Sequence record: OM272052.1
Length of the DNA stretch: 43,466 nt
Reading direction: 5' to 3' (one strand)
DNA from: Escherichia phage fBC-Eco01
How positions within the stretch are numbered: the first letter of the stretch is position 1; every line of letters starts with the position of its first letter. The notes beneath the pieces are model-generated. The model searched no databases and was not told the origin of the DNA. It was given only the letters and a program-made list of their open reading frames with translations. The position numbers were made by a program, and so were the translations under genes. Of this stretch, positions 7,693-16,050 are shown in pieces.

Positions 7693-8742
7693 ATGGCAAT
7701 TACCACTATCGGCGATATCGTAACTGGCAACATCCCGGTCCTGGCGTCTTATATGACCGAGGACCCGGTAGAGAAAACCGCGTTCTTCCAGTCCGGTATT
7801 CTGACCCCGACTCCGTACGCCGCAGAGATTGCTCGCGGCCCATCCAACGTCGCCAACATTCCTTTCTGGAAAGCGATTGATACCTCTATCGAGCCTAATT
7901 ACTCGAACGATGTGTATCAGGACATCGCTACCCCGCGTAACGTCCAAACCGGCGAAATGATGGCCCGTGTTGCCTACCTGAACGAAGGTTTTGGTCAGGC
8001 GGATTTGACTGTTGAACTGACCAGCCAGAATCCGCTGCAATCAGTGGCTTCTCGTCTTGATAACTTCTGGCAGCGTCAGGCGCAACGCCGTCTGATTGCT
8101 ACCGCTCTCGGTCTGTACAACGACAACGTAACTGCTACCGATGCTTACCATACGCAGAACGACATGGTTATCGACGTGTCTGCTACTCTAGGCTTCGACG
8201 CAGGTGCGTTCATCGACGCCACCCAGACTATGGGCGATGCTCTGATGGGCAACGGTGGTGAAGTGCTGGGCGCTATCGCGATGCACAGCTTCGTTTATGC
8301 GCAGGCGCGTAAGCAGCAGCTTATCGACTTTATCAAAGATGCTGACAACGACACCTTGTTCGCCACCTACCAGGGATACCGCGTGATTGTTGACGACAGC
8401 ATGACCGTAGTCGGTACTGGTAGTGACCGTAAGTTCATCTCTATCATCTTCGGCAACGGTGCTATCGGTTATGGTGAAGGCAACCCGTCCAACCCGCTGG
8501 AATATGAACGCGAAGCGTCTCGCGGTAACGGTGGTGGCGTTGAAACCCTGTGGTCCCGTAAGACCTGGTTGCTGCACCCGCTGGGCTACAGCTTCACCAG
8601 CGCAGTAATCACCGGTAACGGCACCGAGACTATCGCCCGCTCTGCTTCCTGGCAGGACCTGGCGAACGCCTCCAACTGGAACCGTGTTGTTGACCGTAAG
8701 CATGTACCTATTGCCTTCCTGGTAACTGGCGTCGGTGCTTAA
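7693..8742 (+). CDS. major capsid protein
   Basis: 349 aa ORF following scaffold, tight spacing (TAATAATG), followed by strong terminator; size and position typical. Confidence 0.8.
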   Translation: MAITTIGDIVTGNIPVLASYMTEDPVEKTAFFQSGILTPTPYAAEIARGPSNVANIPFWKAIDTSIEPNYSNDVYQDIATPRNVQTGEMMARVAYLNEGFGQADLTVELTSQNPLQSVASRLDNFWQRQAQRRLIATALGLYNDNVTATDAYHTQNDMVIDVSATLGFDAGAFIDATQTMGDALMGNGGEVLGAIAMHSFVYAQARKQQLIDFIKDADNDTLFATYQGYRVIVDDSMTVVGTGSDRKFISIIFGNGAIGYGEGNPSNPLEYEREASRGNGGGVETLWSRKTWLLHPLGYSFTSAVITGNGTETIARSASWQDLANASNWNRVVDRKHVPIAFLVTGVGA

Positions 8743-8759
8743 GGTTAAGATATAATCGA

Positions 8760-8786
8760 GAGGGACTTCGGTCCCTCTTTTCATTT
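8760..8786 (+). terminator. intrinsic terminator after capsid gene
   Basis: GAGGGAC-TTCG-GTCCCTC hairpin followed by TTTTCATTT. Confidence 0.6.
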
Positions 8787-8801
8787 ACTAAGAGGTAAAT
8801 T

Positions 8802-9101
8802 ATGGCCAATACCGGAAAAGGCTTGCCGCGCAGCCTTCAGAATGTCGACTTCGGCGACTTTGATATCCCAGTAACGCCGGCTACTACCAGCGTAGTTGGT
8901 GGGGTTAAAAAGTCAGCTACTGTAGCCGCGCCTGCGGCCATTACCGCTGGTGCGAGGGTGCAGTCCGCCGCGGCTCCAACTAAGCCAGAGTTCGACGCCC
9001 TTGTAGCGGAGTACAACAAACTCCGAACTGATGTTACCGCGCTGCGCACTACCGTAGCAGATCTGTTGACTGCGCTTAAAAACGCAGGGACCGTAAGCTA
9101 A
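8802..9101 (+). CDS. hypothetical structural protein
   Basis: 99 aa, RBS AAGAGG upstream; Ala/Thr-rich; located in head gene block. Confidence 0.55.
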   Translation: MANTGKGLPRSLQNVDFGDFDIPVTPATTSVVGGVKKSATVAAPAAITAGARVQSAAAPTKPEFDALVAEYNKLRTDVTALRTTVADLLTALKNAGTVS

Positions 9102-9113
9102 AGGAGCTTAAAA

Positions 9114-9341
9114 ATGGTTGATGTAATTAAACGTCGTATTACCGGTGTTTCCGCCGATACCGTAGGCGCTAAAATCGACATGGCAAATATCTCACCAGCA
9201 TCTTTTTCTACCCCACTTGCCACTACCACTACCTATGCTAAAGCATCGACCACTACCGCCGATTCTGGCACGTATAAAGTGGTTGTTGACGATGTGTATG
9301 GTAATATTATCTCCAGCAGCACCGTAGCAACTGTGTCTTAA
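9114..9341 (+). CDS. hypothetical structural protein (Thr-rich, possible Ig-like)
   Basis: 75 aa, RBS AAGGAG upstream. Confidence 0.5.
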   Translation: MVDVIKRRITGVSADTVGAKIDMANISPASFSTPLATTTTYAKASTTTADSGTYKVVVDDVYGNIISSSTVATVS

Positions 9342-9377
9342 TACAACGGCCCTTCGGGGCCGTAATAAGGAAAGGTC

Positions 9378-9557
9378 ATGGCAGATAATTACGTAATCCG
9401 CGAAAAGTACACCCACGTTGATATTGTTGACGGTCAGGTAATGCCGGTTCGCGGTGTTGTAGAAGCGGATGAACTGGTTGCGACTCAACCGGACAACGAA
9501 GAAGCGCACAACAACGGCGGTGGTACTAAGCGTCGTCGCCGTAAGTCAGAGGGATAA
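9378..9557 (+). CDS. hypothetical small protein (59 aa)
   Basis: ATG with RBS AAGGAAAGG; basic C-terminus KRRRRK; below the 60-aa ORF-track cut-off. Confidence 0.4.
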   Translation: MADNYVIREKYTHVDIVDGQVMPVRGVVEADELVATQPDNEEAHNNGGGTKRRRRKSEG

Positions 9558-9560
9558 TTT

Positions 9561-10073
9561 ATGCCGCTAATCGTGGAAACTGGGGTGATCGTCCCAAATG
9601 CCGACAGTTACATTAGTCTGGCTGACGCCCGCGCGTTAGCGGCTAATTATGGCCTTGAGCTGCCGGAAGACGATACCGCAGCAGAGGTGGCCTTACGCAA
9701 CGGTGCTACTTATGTAGGGCTTGCAGAACCGCAGATGTGCGGTCGTCGAGTATCCGCCGAACAGTCTCTTGCATACCCCCGCACCGGCGTTACGTTAAAC
9801 GGGTTCCCGGTGGCCAACAACGCCATTCCGAAACAGGTGATTCTTGCGCAGGTAATCGCTGCCGCTACATATGGCGAGGGCACCGAAGTCCGGGCTAACT
9901 CAGACGGCCGCGCCGTGCAGACTGAGCGTGTCGAGGGTGCGGTAACAGTGACCTACTTCAACAATGGCAACAGTGGCGCTACGACCGCGATTACCGCTGC
10001 TGACGACGCTTTACGCCCGTTATTGTGTGGTGGTCTTAACAATGGTTTCTCGTTTAACGTGTACCGGGGTTAA
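9561..10073 (+). CDS. head-tail connector / adaptor protein (gp6-like, putative)
   Basis: 170 aa; position after capsid genes; N-terminal segment resembling head-tail adaptor proteins. Confidence 0.5.
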   Translation: MPLIVETGVIVPNADSYISLADARALAANYGLELPEDDTAAEVALRNGATYVGLAEPQMCGRRVSAEQSLAYPRTGVTLNGFPVANNAIPKQVILAQVIAAATYGEGTEVRANSDGRAVQTERVEGAVTVTYFNNGNSGATTAITAADDALRPLLCGGLNNGFSFNVYRG

Positions 10074-10075
10074 AA

Positions 10076-10690
10076 ATGGCGAAGACTAAATCAGAGATAT
10101 TCACGCTAATCGGTTCCGAGCTACCGGACAACACGACCGGACTTATTACGCCTGCGAAGTTACGCATGGTGCTAACACAGATGGCGGACTCACCTATTTA
10201 CGCCACTCCCGGTGTTAAAGAGGTTGAAGTTCTCCGCGCTGCGTCGACAGTAGCGCAAGCGCCTACCGCAGTAGATACGGCGTTGCAGGTATCGTTCGGC
10301 TCTGCTCAGGGTAGTGCATCTGACCCGGTAATGATTAATGCTGCGGGGCTGGTTACGTTCAACACCGCGGGTAACTACGCCGTTCGCATCAAGTTACAGG
10401 CAGGCCGCACTGGTGCTAGCGGAACCTCTATCTTGCTATCGCGCATTCTGGTTAATGGCGCACAATACGGCTCGCCAGCCGCTACGAAACTGGTAAGCGC
10501 GGATACTACAATTCCTATTGAGTCTCGTGTTGCTATTAACCCGACCGCAGGCCAGACGTTTGCCGTTCAGATTATACGGGATAGCGCCGGGAGTAACTTC
10601 GGCGGCGTATACCCACAAGCCGCTACCGTAACTGCATGGGGTACAGCGCCGTCCGCGCTATTGGTTATTTCGAGACTGGAGGCCGCCTGA
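10076..10690 (+). CDS. hypothetical structural protein
   Basis: 204 aa ORF in structural block, tightly packed with neighbours. Confidence 0.55.
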   Translation: MAKTKSEIFTLIGSELPDNTTGLITPAKLRMVLTQMADSPIYATPGVKEVEVLRAASTVAQAPTAVDTALQVSFGSAQGSASDPVMINAAGLVTFNTAGNYAVRIKLQAGRTGASGTSILLSRILVNGAQYGSPAATKLVSADTTIPIESRVAINPTAGQTFAVQIIRDSAGSNFGGVYPQAATVTAWGTAPSALLVISRLEAA

Positions 10691-10784
10691 TGAATAAGTT
10701 CACATGTGGTGTAGTTTTTGGTTTTCTTACCGCGGTAGCCTTGCACAGTTACGGTGTTCTTTTGACGCTGCAAGAGGTGCTAAA

Positions 10785-11144
10785 ATGAACACCGCTTTCA
10801 GTAAACGTATGCAAGGCGTCGGTACACGCCTGCTAACCAAATTCGGTAGCACGGTATCTCTTGTTCGCGCTGGCTCGAAAGTGTGGGATGAAGTTCTCGG
10901 TGAGTATGTCCGGTCCGCGGATGAAGTGCTGCCGTTGAAAGCTGTTCCGGTTCCTGTTAACGCAGGACTGGTGAACGGTACGACGATTCAGGCGGGCGAC
11001 ATGATTGCTAAAGCGGATTGCAGTGTCGTCCCGAAAATGGAAGACAAGGTGCAATTCGGCGGCGAGCAATGGTCTGTCGTAGCTATCGAGAAGAAGATGG
11101 TTAACAATGATGTCGTGGCCTACTTTATTCAGGTGAGAAAATGA
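10785..11144 (+). CDS. head-tail joining protein (putative)
   Basis: internal ATG 10785 with RBS AAGAGGTG chosen over the track start 10704; 119 aa. Confidence 0.5.
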   Translation: MNTAFSKRMQGVGTRLLTKFGSTVSLVRAGSKVWDEVLGEYVRSADEVLPLKAVPVPVNAGLVNGTTIQAGDMIAKADCSVVPKMEDKVQFGGEQWSVVAIEKKMVNNDVVAYFIQVRK

Positions 11145-11536
11145 GTTTCGCGCTTGATGTCTCTAAGTTCGTGGAAAAGGCGAAGAAGAATCCTGAGAAG
11201 GTGATGCGTCAGGTGTCTATCAAGCTGTTTTCCGCTATCATAAAGGCTAGTCCAGTGGACACCGGCCGCTTTCGTATGAACTGGATGGCGTCTGGTGGTA
11301 CTTCTGCTTCCGGGATTACGGACGCCACCGATAAATCAGGAAACACGGCAACCGGAAACGCTACAAGTTTCGTACTGAAAGCCGCAGACTGGCACGAGTT
11401 CACGCTGACAAATAATCTGCCGTATGCACAACGGCTGGAGTATGGCTGGTCGCAGCAAGCGCCACAAGGATTTGTCCGGGTGAATGTGTCCCGCTTCCAG
11501 CAACTCATTAACGAAGAAGCCAACAAGGTGAAATGA
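11141..11536 (+). CDS. tail completion protein (HK97 gp10-like)
   Basis: 131 aa; motif PVDTGRFRMNW resembling the HK97 gp10 family DTGxLRxS signature; ATGA overlap with upstream gene. Confidence 0.55.
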   Translation: MSFALDVSKFVEKAKKNPEKVMRQVSIKLFSAIIKASPVDTGRFRMNWMASGGTSASGITDATDKSGNTATGNATSFVLKAADWHEFTLTNNLPYAQRLEYGWSQQAPQGFVRVNVSRFQQLINEEANKVK

Positions 11537-11949
11537 TGGGCTACTTTGAGGACTTAACCAAAGCATTTGATGTGCCGCTGGTAGCCTTCGGAACAACCAA
11601 CGGCATCAAGGTCTCGCTTGAAAACATCGACGCGCCGACGTCAACCGATACGCCGTATCTGGCAAGTTACATGTTACTTGCGGATACAGAACAGGCAGAT
11701 TTGTTCTTCACAGAACAACGCTCAGGTGTTTATCAGGTCGACATTAACTACGCATCGGTGAAAGGTAGCGCGCCAATCAATAAAATGGCAGACTTACTTA
11801 ACACGGCGTTTAAAGCAGGTAAGTCATTTTCGCGTAACGACATCTGCGCCGAGGTTCAATCGGTTAGCCTGGGGCCGCTGATTGTAGAAAACGGATGGGC
11901 CAAACGACCATTGTCAATTAACTTTATTGCATTCACCAAGAGGCTGTGA
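11533..11949 (+). CDS. tail terminator-like protein (putative)
   Basis: 138 aa, overlaps neighbours by 4 nt, directly precedes major tail protein. Confidence 0.45.
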   Translation: MMGYFEDLTKAFDVPLVAFGTTNGIKVSLENIDAPTSTDTPYLASYMLLADTEQADLFFTEQRSGVYQVDINYASVKGSAPINKMADLLNTAFKAGKSFSRNDICAEVQSVSLGPLIVENGWAKRPLSINFIAFTKRL

Positions 11950-11951
11950 AT

Positions 11952-13118
11952 ATGGCTACAACTCCTTTTAAGGGCGCGAATACCGCGCAATTCTATGTGG
12001 CGGAAGTGACCCCTGGCGTAACACCGACTAACCCGGTCTGGTCGCCGTTGCGTAACACTGGCGGTGTTCCCGCGGTAACCCGCGATGCGCTGACTTCCAA
12101 CGAACTCGACGGCAGCAGAGAAACCACATCCATCCGCACCGGTAACAAACAGGTTAGCGGGGAGTACGCCATCGAACTTAGCTCACGTAGCCAGGATGAT
12201 TTCCTTGCGGGTGCTATGACTTCTACGTGGCAGGACGGGGTAGAGATTACGGGTGCTGAAATTACGGTCGCTCCAGCAGGTAAAACATTCACCCGCGCTG
12301 CCGGTAGCTTCATTACTGACGGTGTAGAGGTTGGCGACCTGATTGCATTCACCGACTTAACCGGCGACAACGCAAAACCGTTTATCGTGACCGCGGTCGA
12401 GGCGCTCGTAGTAACAGGCGCAGGCATTCAGCACACGCTGACAGCAGAGACAAAAACCAGTAAGGCTAAGACCGGGGATAAACTGGAAACCGGTAACGCA
12501 TGTAAGACGTTCTCTATCCTGACATGGTTCAAAGGACAGTGCGGGAACCCTGACGCGTACATGTTGACCAAAGGCGTGGAAATCTCCGGTTTTACTATCG
12601 AGCAGGCCGTGAACGCGATGGTGACAGGCAGCTTCCCGTTCATCGGTCTGAGTCAGGAAATTCTTACCGCGCCGCCAGCAGGTTCCGACTTCTCCCAGGT
12701 TACGTTCACCGATGAGCCGTTCTCGTCTGTAGATGTGTCTGTGTTCGACGGCTCTACTCCGTTGCGTTGCGATACTCTTACCATCACCAACGACAACGGC
12801 GCATCCGCTCAGTTTGAACTAGGGAACAGTAGCGTTGCGTTCGTGGAACGTGGTCGCGCAGCTAACACCTTCTCCATCTCTGGGAAGCTGTACGACATGG
12901 CGATGATTCAGAAGTTTATCAACGAGCAGCAGGTAGAGATTAACTCTATTCTGGCGGGGGTGAACGGGGCTATGTCTTTCAGTTTGAAACGCGCAGAACT
13001 TACGGCTGTTACGCCAGAAATATCTGGCCCGGAATCAATTACGCAAAGCATAGAAGGACAGTCCACAGGCAATCAATATCAATCTTCTATTGTTATCCAG
13101 CGTATCACCTACGCATAA
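11952..13118 (+). CDS. major tail protein (putative)
   Basis: ATG 11952 with RBS AAGAGG at 8 nt; 389 aa; last gene before terminator and tail chaperone/tape measure genes. Confidence 0.55.
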   Translation: MATTPFKGANTAQFYVAEVTPGVTPTNPVWSPLRNTGGVPAVTRDALTSNELDGSRETTSIRTGNKQVSGEYAIELSSRSQDDFLAGAMTSTWQDGVEITGAEITVAPAGKTFTRAAGSFITDGVEVGDLIAFTDLTGDNAKPFIVTAVEALVVTGAGIQHTLTAETKTSKAKTGDKLETGNACKTFSILTWFKGQCGNPDAYMLTKGVEISGFTIEQAVNAMVTGSFPFIGLSQEILTAPPAGSDFSQVTFTDEPFSSVDVSVFDGSTPLRCDTLTITNDNGASAQFELGNSSVAFVERGRAANTFSISGKLYDMAMIQKFINEQQVEINSILAGVNGAMSFSLKRAELTAVTPEISGPESITQSIEGQSTGNQYQSSIVIQRITYA

Positions 13119-13122
13119 AACT

Positions 13123-13147
13123 AAGGCCCCGAAAGGGGCCTTTTTCT
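13123..13147. terminator. bidirectional intrinsic terminator
   Basis: AGGCCCC-GAAA-GGGGCCT hairpin with A-run upstream and T-run downstream; ends both the + tail transcript and the - accessory operon. Confidence 0.6.
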
Positions 13148-13320
13148 TATTCCTTCAATTGCATAGGGTAGAAGTTAACGAGTTCTCCTTTATCCCGAAG
13201 CCGTGAATATTCATCTAACGCATCTTCCCGGCTACTTACAGCATAGATATCATTCCACTCGTCCCATTCTTCGTCATATACACGGATTACGTATATTGTT
13301 TTCATTACATTCTCACTCAT
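13147..13320 (-). CDS. hypothetical protein (accessory operon gene 5)
   Basis: internal ATG 13320 or 13305 preferred over track start 13362 to avoid a 50-nt overlap; acidic, W-rich small protein. Confidence 0.4.
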   Translation of the reverse strand: MSENVMKTIYVIRVYDEEWDEWNDIYAVSSREDALDEYSRLRDKGELVNFYPMQLKE

Positions 13321-13543
13321 CAATGTTGCTTCGATACTCCCGTAACTTCTCCAGACTTTCAATTGCTTCCGCTAAGTCGGTTCCGGTGTCCTTGTGCCCG
13401 CGAAGGCCCATACACAACAGCTTCTTCAATGCGTGCTGTAGCGCCGGGTCCCGGATATCGAAGGCGCGGAGCACATCATAAACATCTACTGTCATAGTGC
13501 TGCCGTGGGTATTTGTCATTGTGCGGTTGTATTTATTTGTCAC
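13313..13543 (-). CDS. hypothetical protein (accessory operon gene 4)
   Basis: 76 aa; GTG start with weak RBS; motif VDVYDVLRAF...ALKKLL; family not identified. Confidence 0.45.
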   Translation of the reverse strand: MTNKYNRTMTNTHGSTMTVDVYDVLRAFDIRDPALQHALKKLLCMGLRGHKDTGTDLAEAIESLEKLREYRSNIDE

Positions 13544-13733
13544 TGTTAACTCTCTTAAATCGGGCTATGCCTGACTCGTTAATGCTGCCTATTTCAAAGA
13601 AGCTGCGATATTTAGGCGAATACATTCTTACGTCGCCGTTCTCTAGGGCGACCCCTTCATATACAGCGCCTACTTCGAATCCATTTTTCTCCGCGTACGG
13701 ACTCACATCGGTGCATTCATACATATCTTTCAT
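13533..13733 (-). CDS. hypothetical protein (accessory operon gene 3)
   Basis: 66 aa; ATG overlaps upstream stop (translational coupling); RBS GGAG. Confidence 0.5.
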   Translation of the reverse strand: MKDMYECTDVSPYAEKNGFEVGAVYEGVALENGDVRMYSPKYRSFFEIGSINESGIARFKRVNSDK

Positions 13734-14860
13734 CCCAGCATCTCCGGTGAAATAGTTAAACGTGCGACCTCGCCATATTCGGCACTATAGGTAATTACAT
13801 TTGCGCTACGGCCTGACATCCATCCACCGCGCGAGGCGTAGGCGTCTTTAGCCGCCAGGGTGCGGTGTTGCTCAACAATCATGTTACGGCTTTCTACAAT
13901 CTTCTGGTGGTGCAGATGGCCTACGTGGGCGTAGCTGTAAACACTCTCGCCGAACGCTTTACGGAACTTGGCAATCATTACCGGTTCGATAGCGTCGAAT
14001 CGCGCCTTATGCCCGTGGTGAAAGAACAGCGTAGTTTTGCCGTGTTGGACCATCTTGTAAACATCCGGCGACGTATCGACGAACACACGCGGCTCATTGT
14101 CGTACAGCGTACTAAACATCTCAGCTAACCAAATCATTCCGCTTTCGTCGTGGTTCCCTTGCACGATAAGCAAGCGAACAGATTTATGCTTAACCAGCGC
14201 CATGTCAACAACACGTCGTACCATACGAATCATGTAGCGCACCAGTTTCTGATAGCGAGTATCGGCGTCCAATACATGACCACTCGCTGGCGTAACCGCA
14301 TCCAGACTATCGAAGTGCGCGAAGTCACCCAGCAGGTTAATAACCCCAGTTCCTGCATCTGGTGCTTTCTGAAACGCCGCATCGAACCATCGGGAGAACA
14401 GGTCTTCCGCAATCTTCATATCCCAGTCGTCGCCGCTCTCGTCAGCCCAGGCCAGCATACCAAGATGGAAATCAGATACCGTGTACAGATTGAGTAGTTT
14501 ATCGTCGCGTTTGGCTCGAGTCGCTTTAACCGGCGCAACTGGCGTAATCTCCGACTTCATTCCTTCGATCACGGCTTTCATTAACTCGACCTGACGTTCG
14601 GCGTCGGTGTCTGTCTTAACCCATTGCAACTTAGTGTTGCCGAACTCGTCCACCAGTGACGACGTTCCTTTAATTTTGTAGCCGTCCGGGACAAGATGGC
14701 TAACGTCACGACCGTGACCTACGCCTTTCTTCGCCAGCTTCGCTTTACGGATACGAATAACTCGGTCTGAGATGCCGTATTTACGGGATATGTCGATAAT
14801 CTTTGTTCCGGCGTTCAATTCTTCCTGTAACTGTTCGTCGGTTATTTTCTTCCGGGCCAT
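13730..14860 (-). CDS. HTH domain - calcineurin-like metallophosphoesterase fusion protein
   Basis: 376 aa; N-terminal helix-turn-helix-like segment (IIDISRKYGISDRVIRIRKAK); phosphoesterase motifs in order DFH, GDFAHFD, GNHDE, GH, GHLHH; RBS GAGGAAG. Confidence 0.75.
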   Translation of the reverse strand: MARKKITDEQLQEELNAGTKIIDISRKYGISDRVIRIRKAKLAKKGVGHGRDVSHLVPDGYKIKGTSSLVDEFGNTKLQWVKTDTDAERQVELMKAVIEGMKSEITPVAPVKATRAKRDDKLLNLYTVSDFHLGMLAWADESGDDWDMKIAEDLFSRWFDAAFQKAPDAGTGVINLLGDFAHFDSLDAVTPASGHVLDADTRYQKLVRYMIRMVRRVVDMALVKHKSVRLLIVQGNHDESGMIWLAEMFSTLYDNEPRVFVDTSPDVYKMVQHGKTTLFFHHGHKARFDAIEPVMIAKFRKAFGESVYSYAHVGHLHHQKIVESRNMIVEQHRTLAAKDAYASRGGWMSGRSANVITYSAEYGEVARLTISPEMLG

Positions 14861-14898
14861 GCTTACTTCCTCGTGTTTAGGATTTGTCCTATACTAGC

Positions 14899-15090
14899 TC
14901 ACTTCTCTTTGACATTCGAGTTGCAAGCCCAGATTAAAATAAATACCCACGGCAGCAGAACCCAGCCGAGAAACAGATTAGCCATGAATATCGCCAGTTT
15001 CGCTTTATGTCCGCGCATATGGGCCACTAAAAACGGGATAAAATAAACTAAAACGATAATGATTAAGAAGAACATAGTAATACCTGTCAT
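14899..15090 (-). CDS. superinfection immunity-like small membrane protein (Imm-like)
   Basis: 63 aa from ATG 15090 with RBS AGGAG; two hydrophobic helices with RGHKAK...NLFLGW...PW motif as I recall it for the Imm-like family. Confidence 0.5.
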   Translation of the reverse strand: MTGITMFFLIIIVLVYFIPFLVAHMRGHKAKLAIFMANLFLGWVLLPWVFILIWACNSNVKEK

Positions 15091-15131
15091 GGTGTAGCTC
15101 CTGTTTGAGTTAACATTGTTGGTGTAAGTGA

Positions 15132-15160
15132 ATAGTATCCTATTATGTTGGGGTGCGCAA
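15132..15160 (-). promoter_or_regulatory. conserved promoter element copy C (TTGCGC-N17-TACTAT, minus-directed)
   Basis: minus-strand reading TTGCGCACCCCAACATAATAGGATACTATTCAC, 28 nt identical to copy D. Confidence 0.5.
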
Positions 15161-15268
15161 GTAATGTGATAGAATAATTTTGCGCCTAGTGTCGCACACG
15201 AAAAGCGGGTGGTTCCCGTCTGGCGCATTTACCATTAACCTGTAACCTCTTAACCAAAGGATTAAAGA

Positions 15269-15685
15269 ATGAAACTTTCTGATTTTTATTACGAAGCTGA
15301 GGCAGAAAAAGGCGCCCGTATGCCGATACCACTGAAAGACGGCACCGATTCAGGGGAGTGGCTGAACGTTGTTTCACCGGAGGCAGACGTTGCTGTTAAA
15401 GCTATGAGGGCGTTTACACTTGCGTACCGCGCGGCATTAGGTAAATTGAAACCGCTTCGCGATAAATGCGAGGAACTGAAAGATTTCTCGGAATACAACA
15501 TCAAGATGGAAGACGCCGCAACGGACCTTAACCGCCAGTTAGCGCTTGAACTGGTTAACGGTTGGAGTCTCGACGATGAATTTAATAAAGAGAACCTGAA
15601 TACTCTTTTCTCACAATATAAACGACTCGCTGAACACGTTGTTGTTTTCCACAATGAACAGCTTCACCAATTGCAGGAAAAGTAG
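15269..15685 (+). CDS. tail assembly chaperone (gpG-like)
   Basis: 138 aa acidic protein immediately upstream of tape measure; RBS AAAGGA; ends at slippery-like GGAAAAG. Confidence 0.6.
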   Translation: MKLSDFYYEAEAEKGARMPIPLKDGTDSGEWLNVVSPEADVAVKAMRAFTLAYRAALGKLKPLRDKCEELKDFSEYNIKMEDAATDLNRQLALELVNGWSLDDEFNKENLNTLFSQYKRLAEHVVVFHNEQLHQLQEK

Positions 15686-15690
15686 ACGCG

Positions 15691-16050
15691 TTGCTCCAGT
15701 TTGCCCGTTGGAACTTCATAACCCGCCACAAACGGCGGGAGTTTGACAGTATCGCCGACGGGCATAAAGCCGCGCTAATTGCTATGGGGGTTATGCAAGA
15801 CGCGCCGGAAGCAACGCAGGACACAGGGCCGGAATGCCCCCCTGAGCTATTAACCACCTTCGAGAAGTACAGGGAAATCAAATTCACCCGCCGAGTGGAC
15901 GATGATGGCATCAAGATGTACCCGCGCGAACAGTTAAGATGGTCGGATTTAGTGGCATACAGCACCGTTTCAGGCCAGAATATAGGCATGTTCGAATCTG
16001 ACATCATCATGAGCTTAGACGCTATTTTCGAGGGTAGAAACGATGGCTGA
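15691..16050 (+). CDS. tail assembly chaperone -1 frame extension (gpT-like, expressed as G-T fusion)
   Basis: ORF in the -1 frame relative to the chaperone, starting right after its stop and overlapping the tape measure start. Confidence 0.45.
   Translation: MLQFARWNFITRHKRREFDSIADGHKAALIAMGVMQDAPEATQDTGPECPPELLTTFEKYREIKFTRRVDDDGIKMYPREQLRWSDLVAYSTVSGQNIGMFESDIIMSLDAIFEGRNDG

Noticed and set aside
7129-8040. 303-aa minus-strand ORF spanning the scaffold and major capsid genes
   Set aside because: Entirely antisense to two well-supported, tightly packed structural genes; Ser/Ala/Arg-rich low-complexity translation; no RBS; typical spurious antisense frame.
9343-9366. ACGGCCC-TTCG-GGGCCGT hairpin after ORF 9114..9341 as an intrinsic terminator
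   Set aside because: Stable stem but no downstream U-tract (followed by AATAAGG); more likely an RNA-stabilising stem-loop or weak pause site than a terminator.
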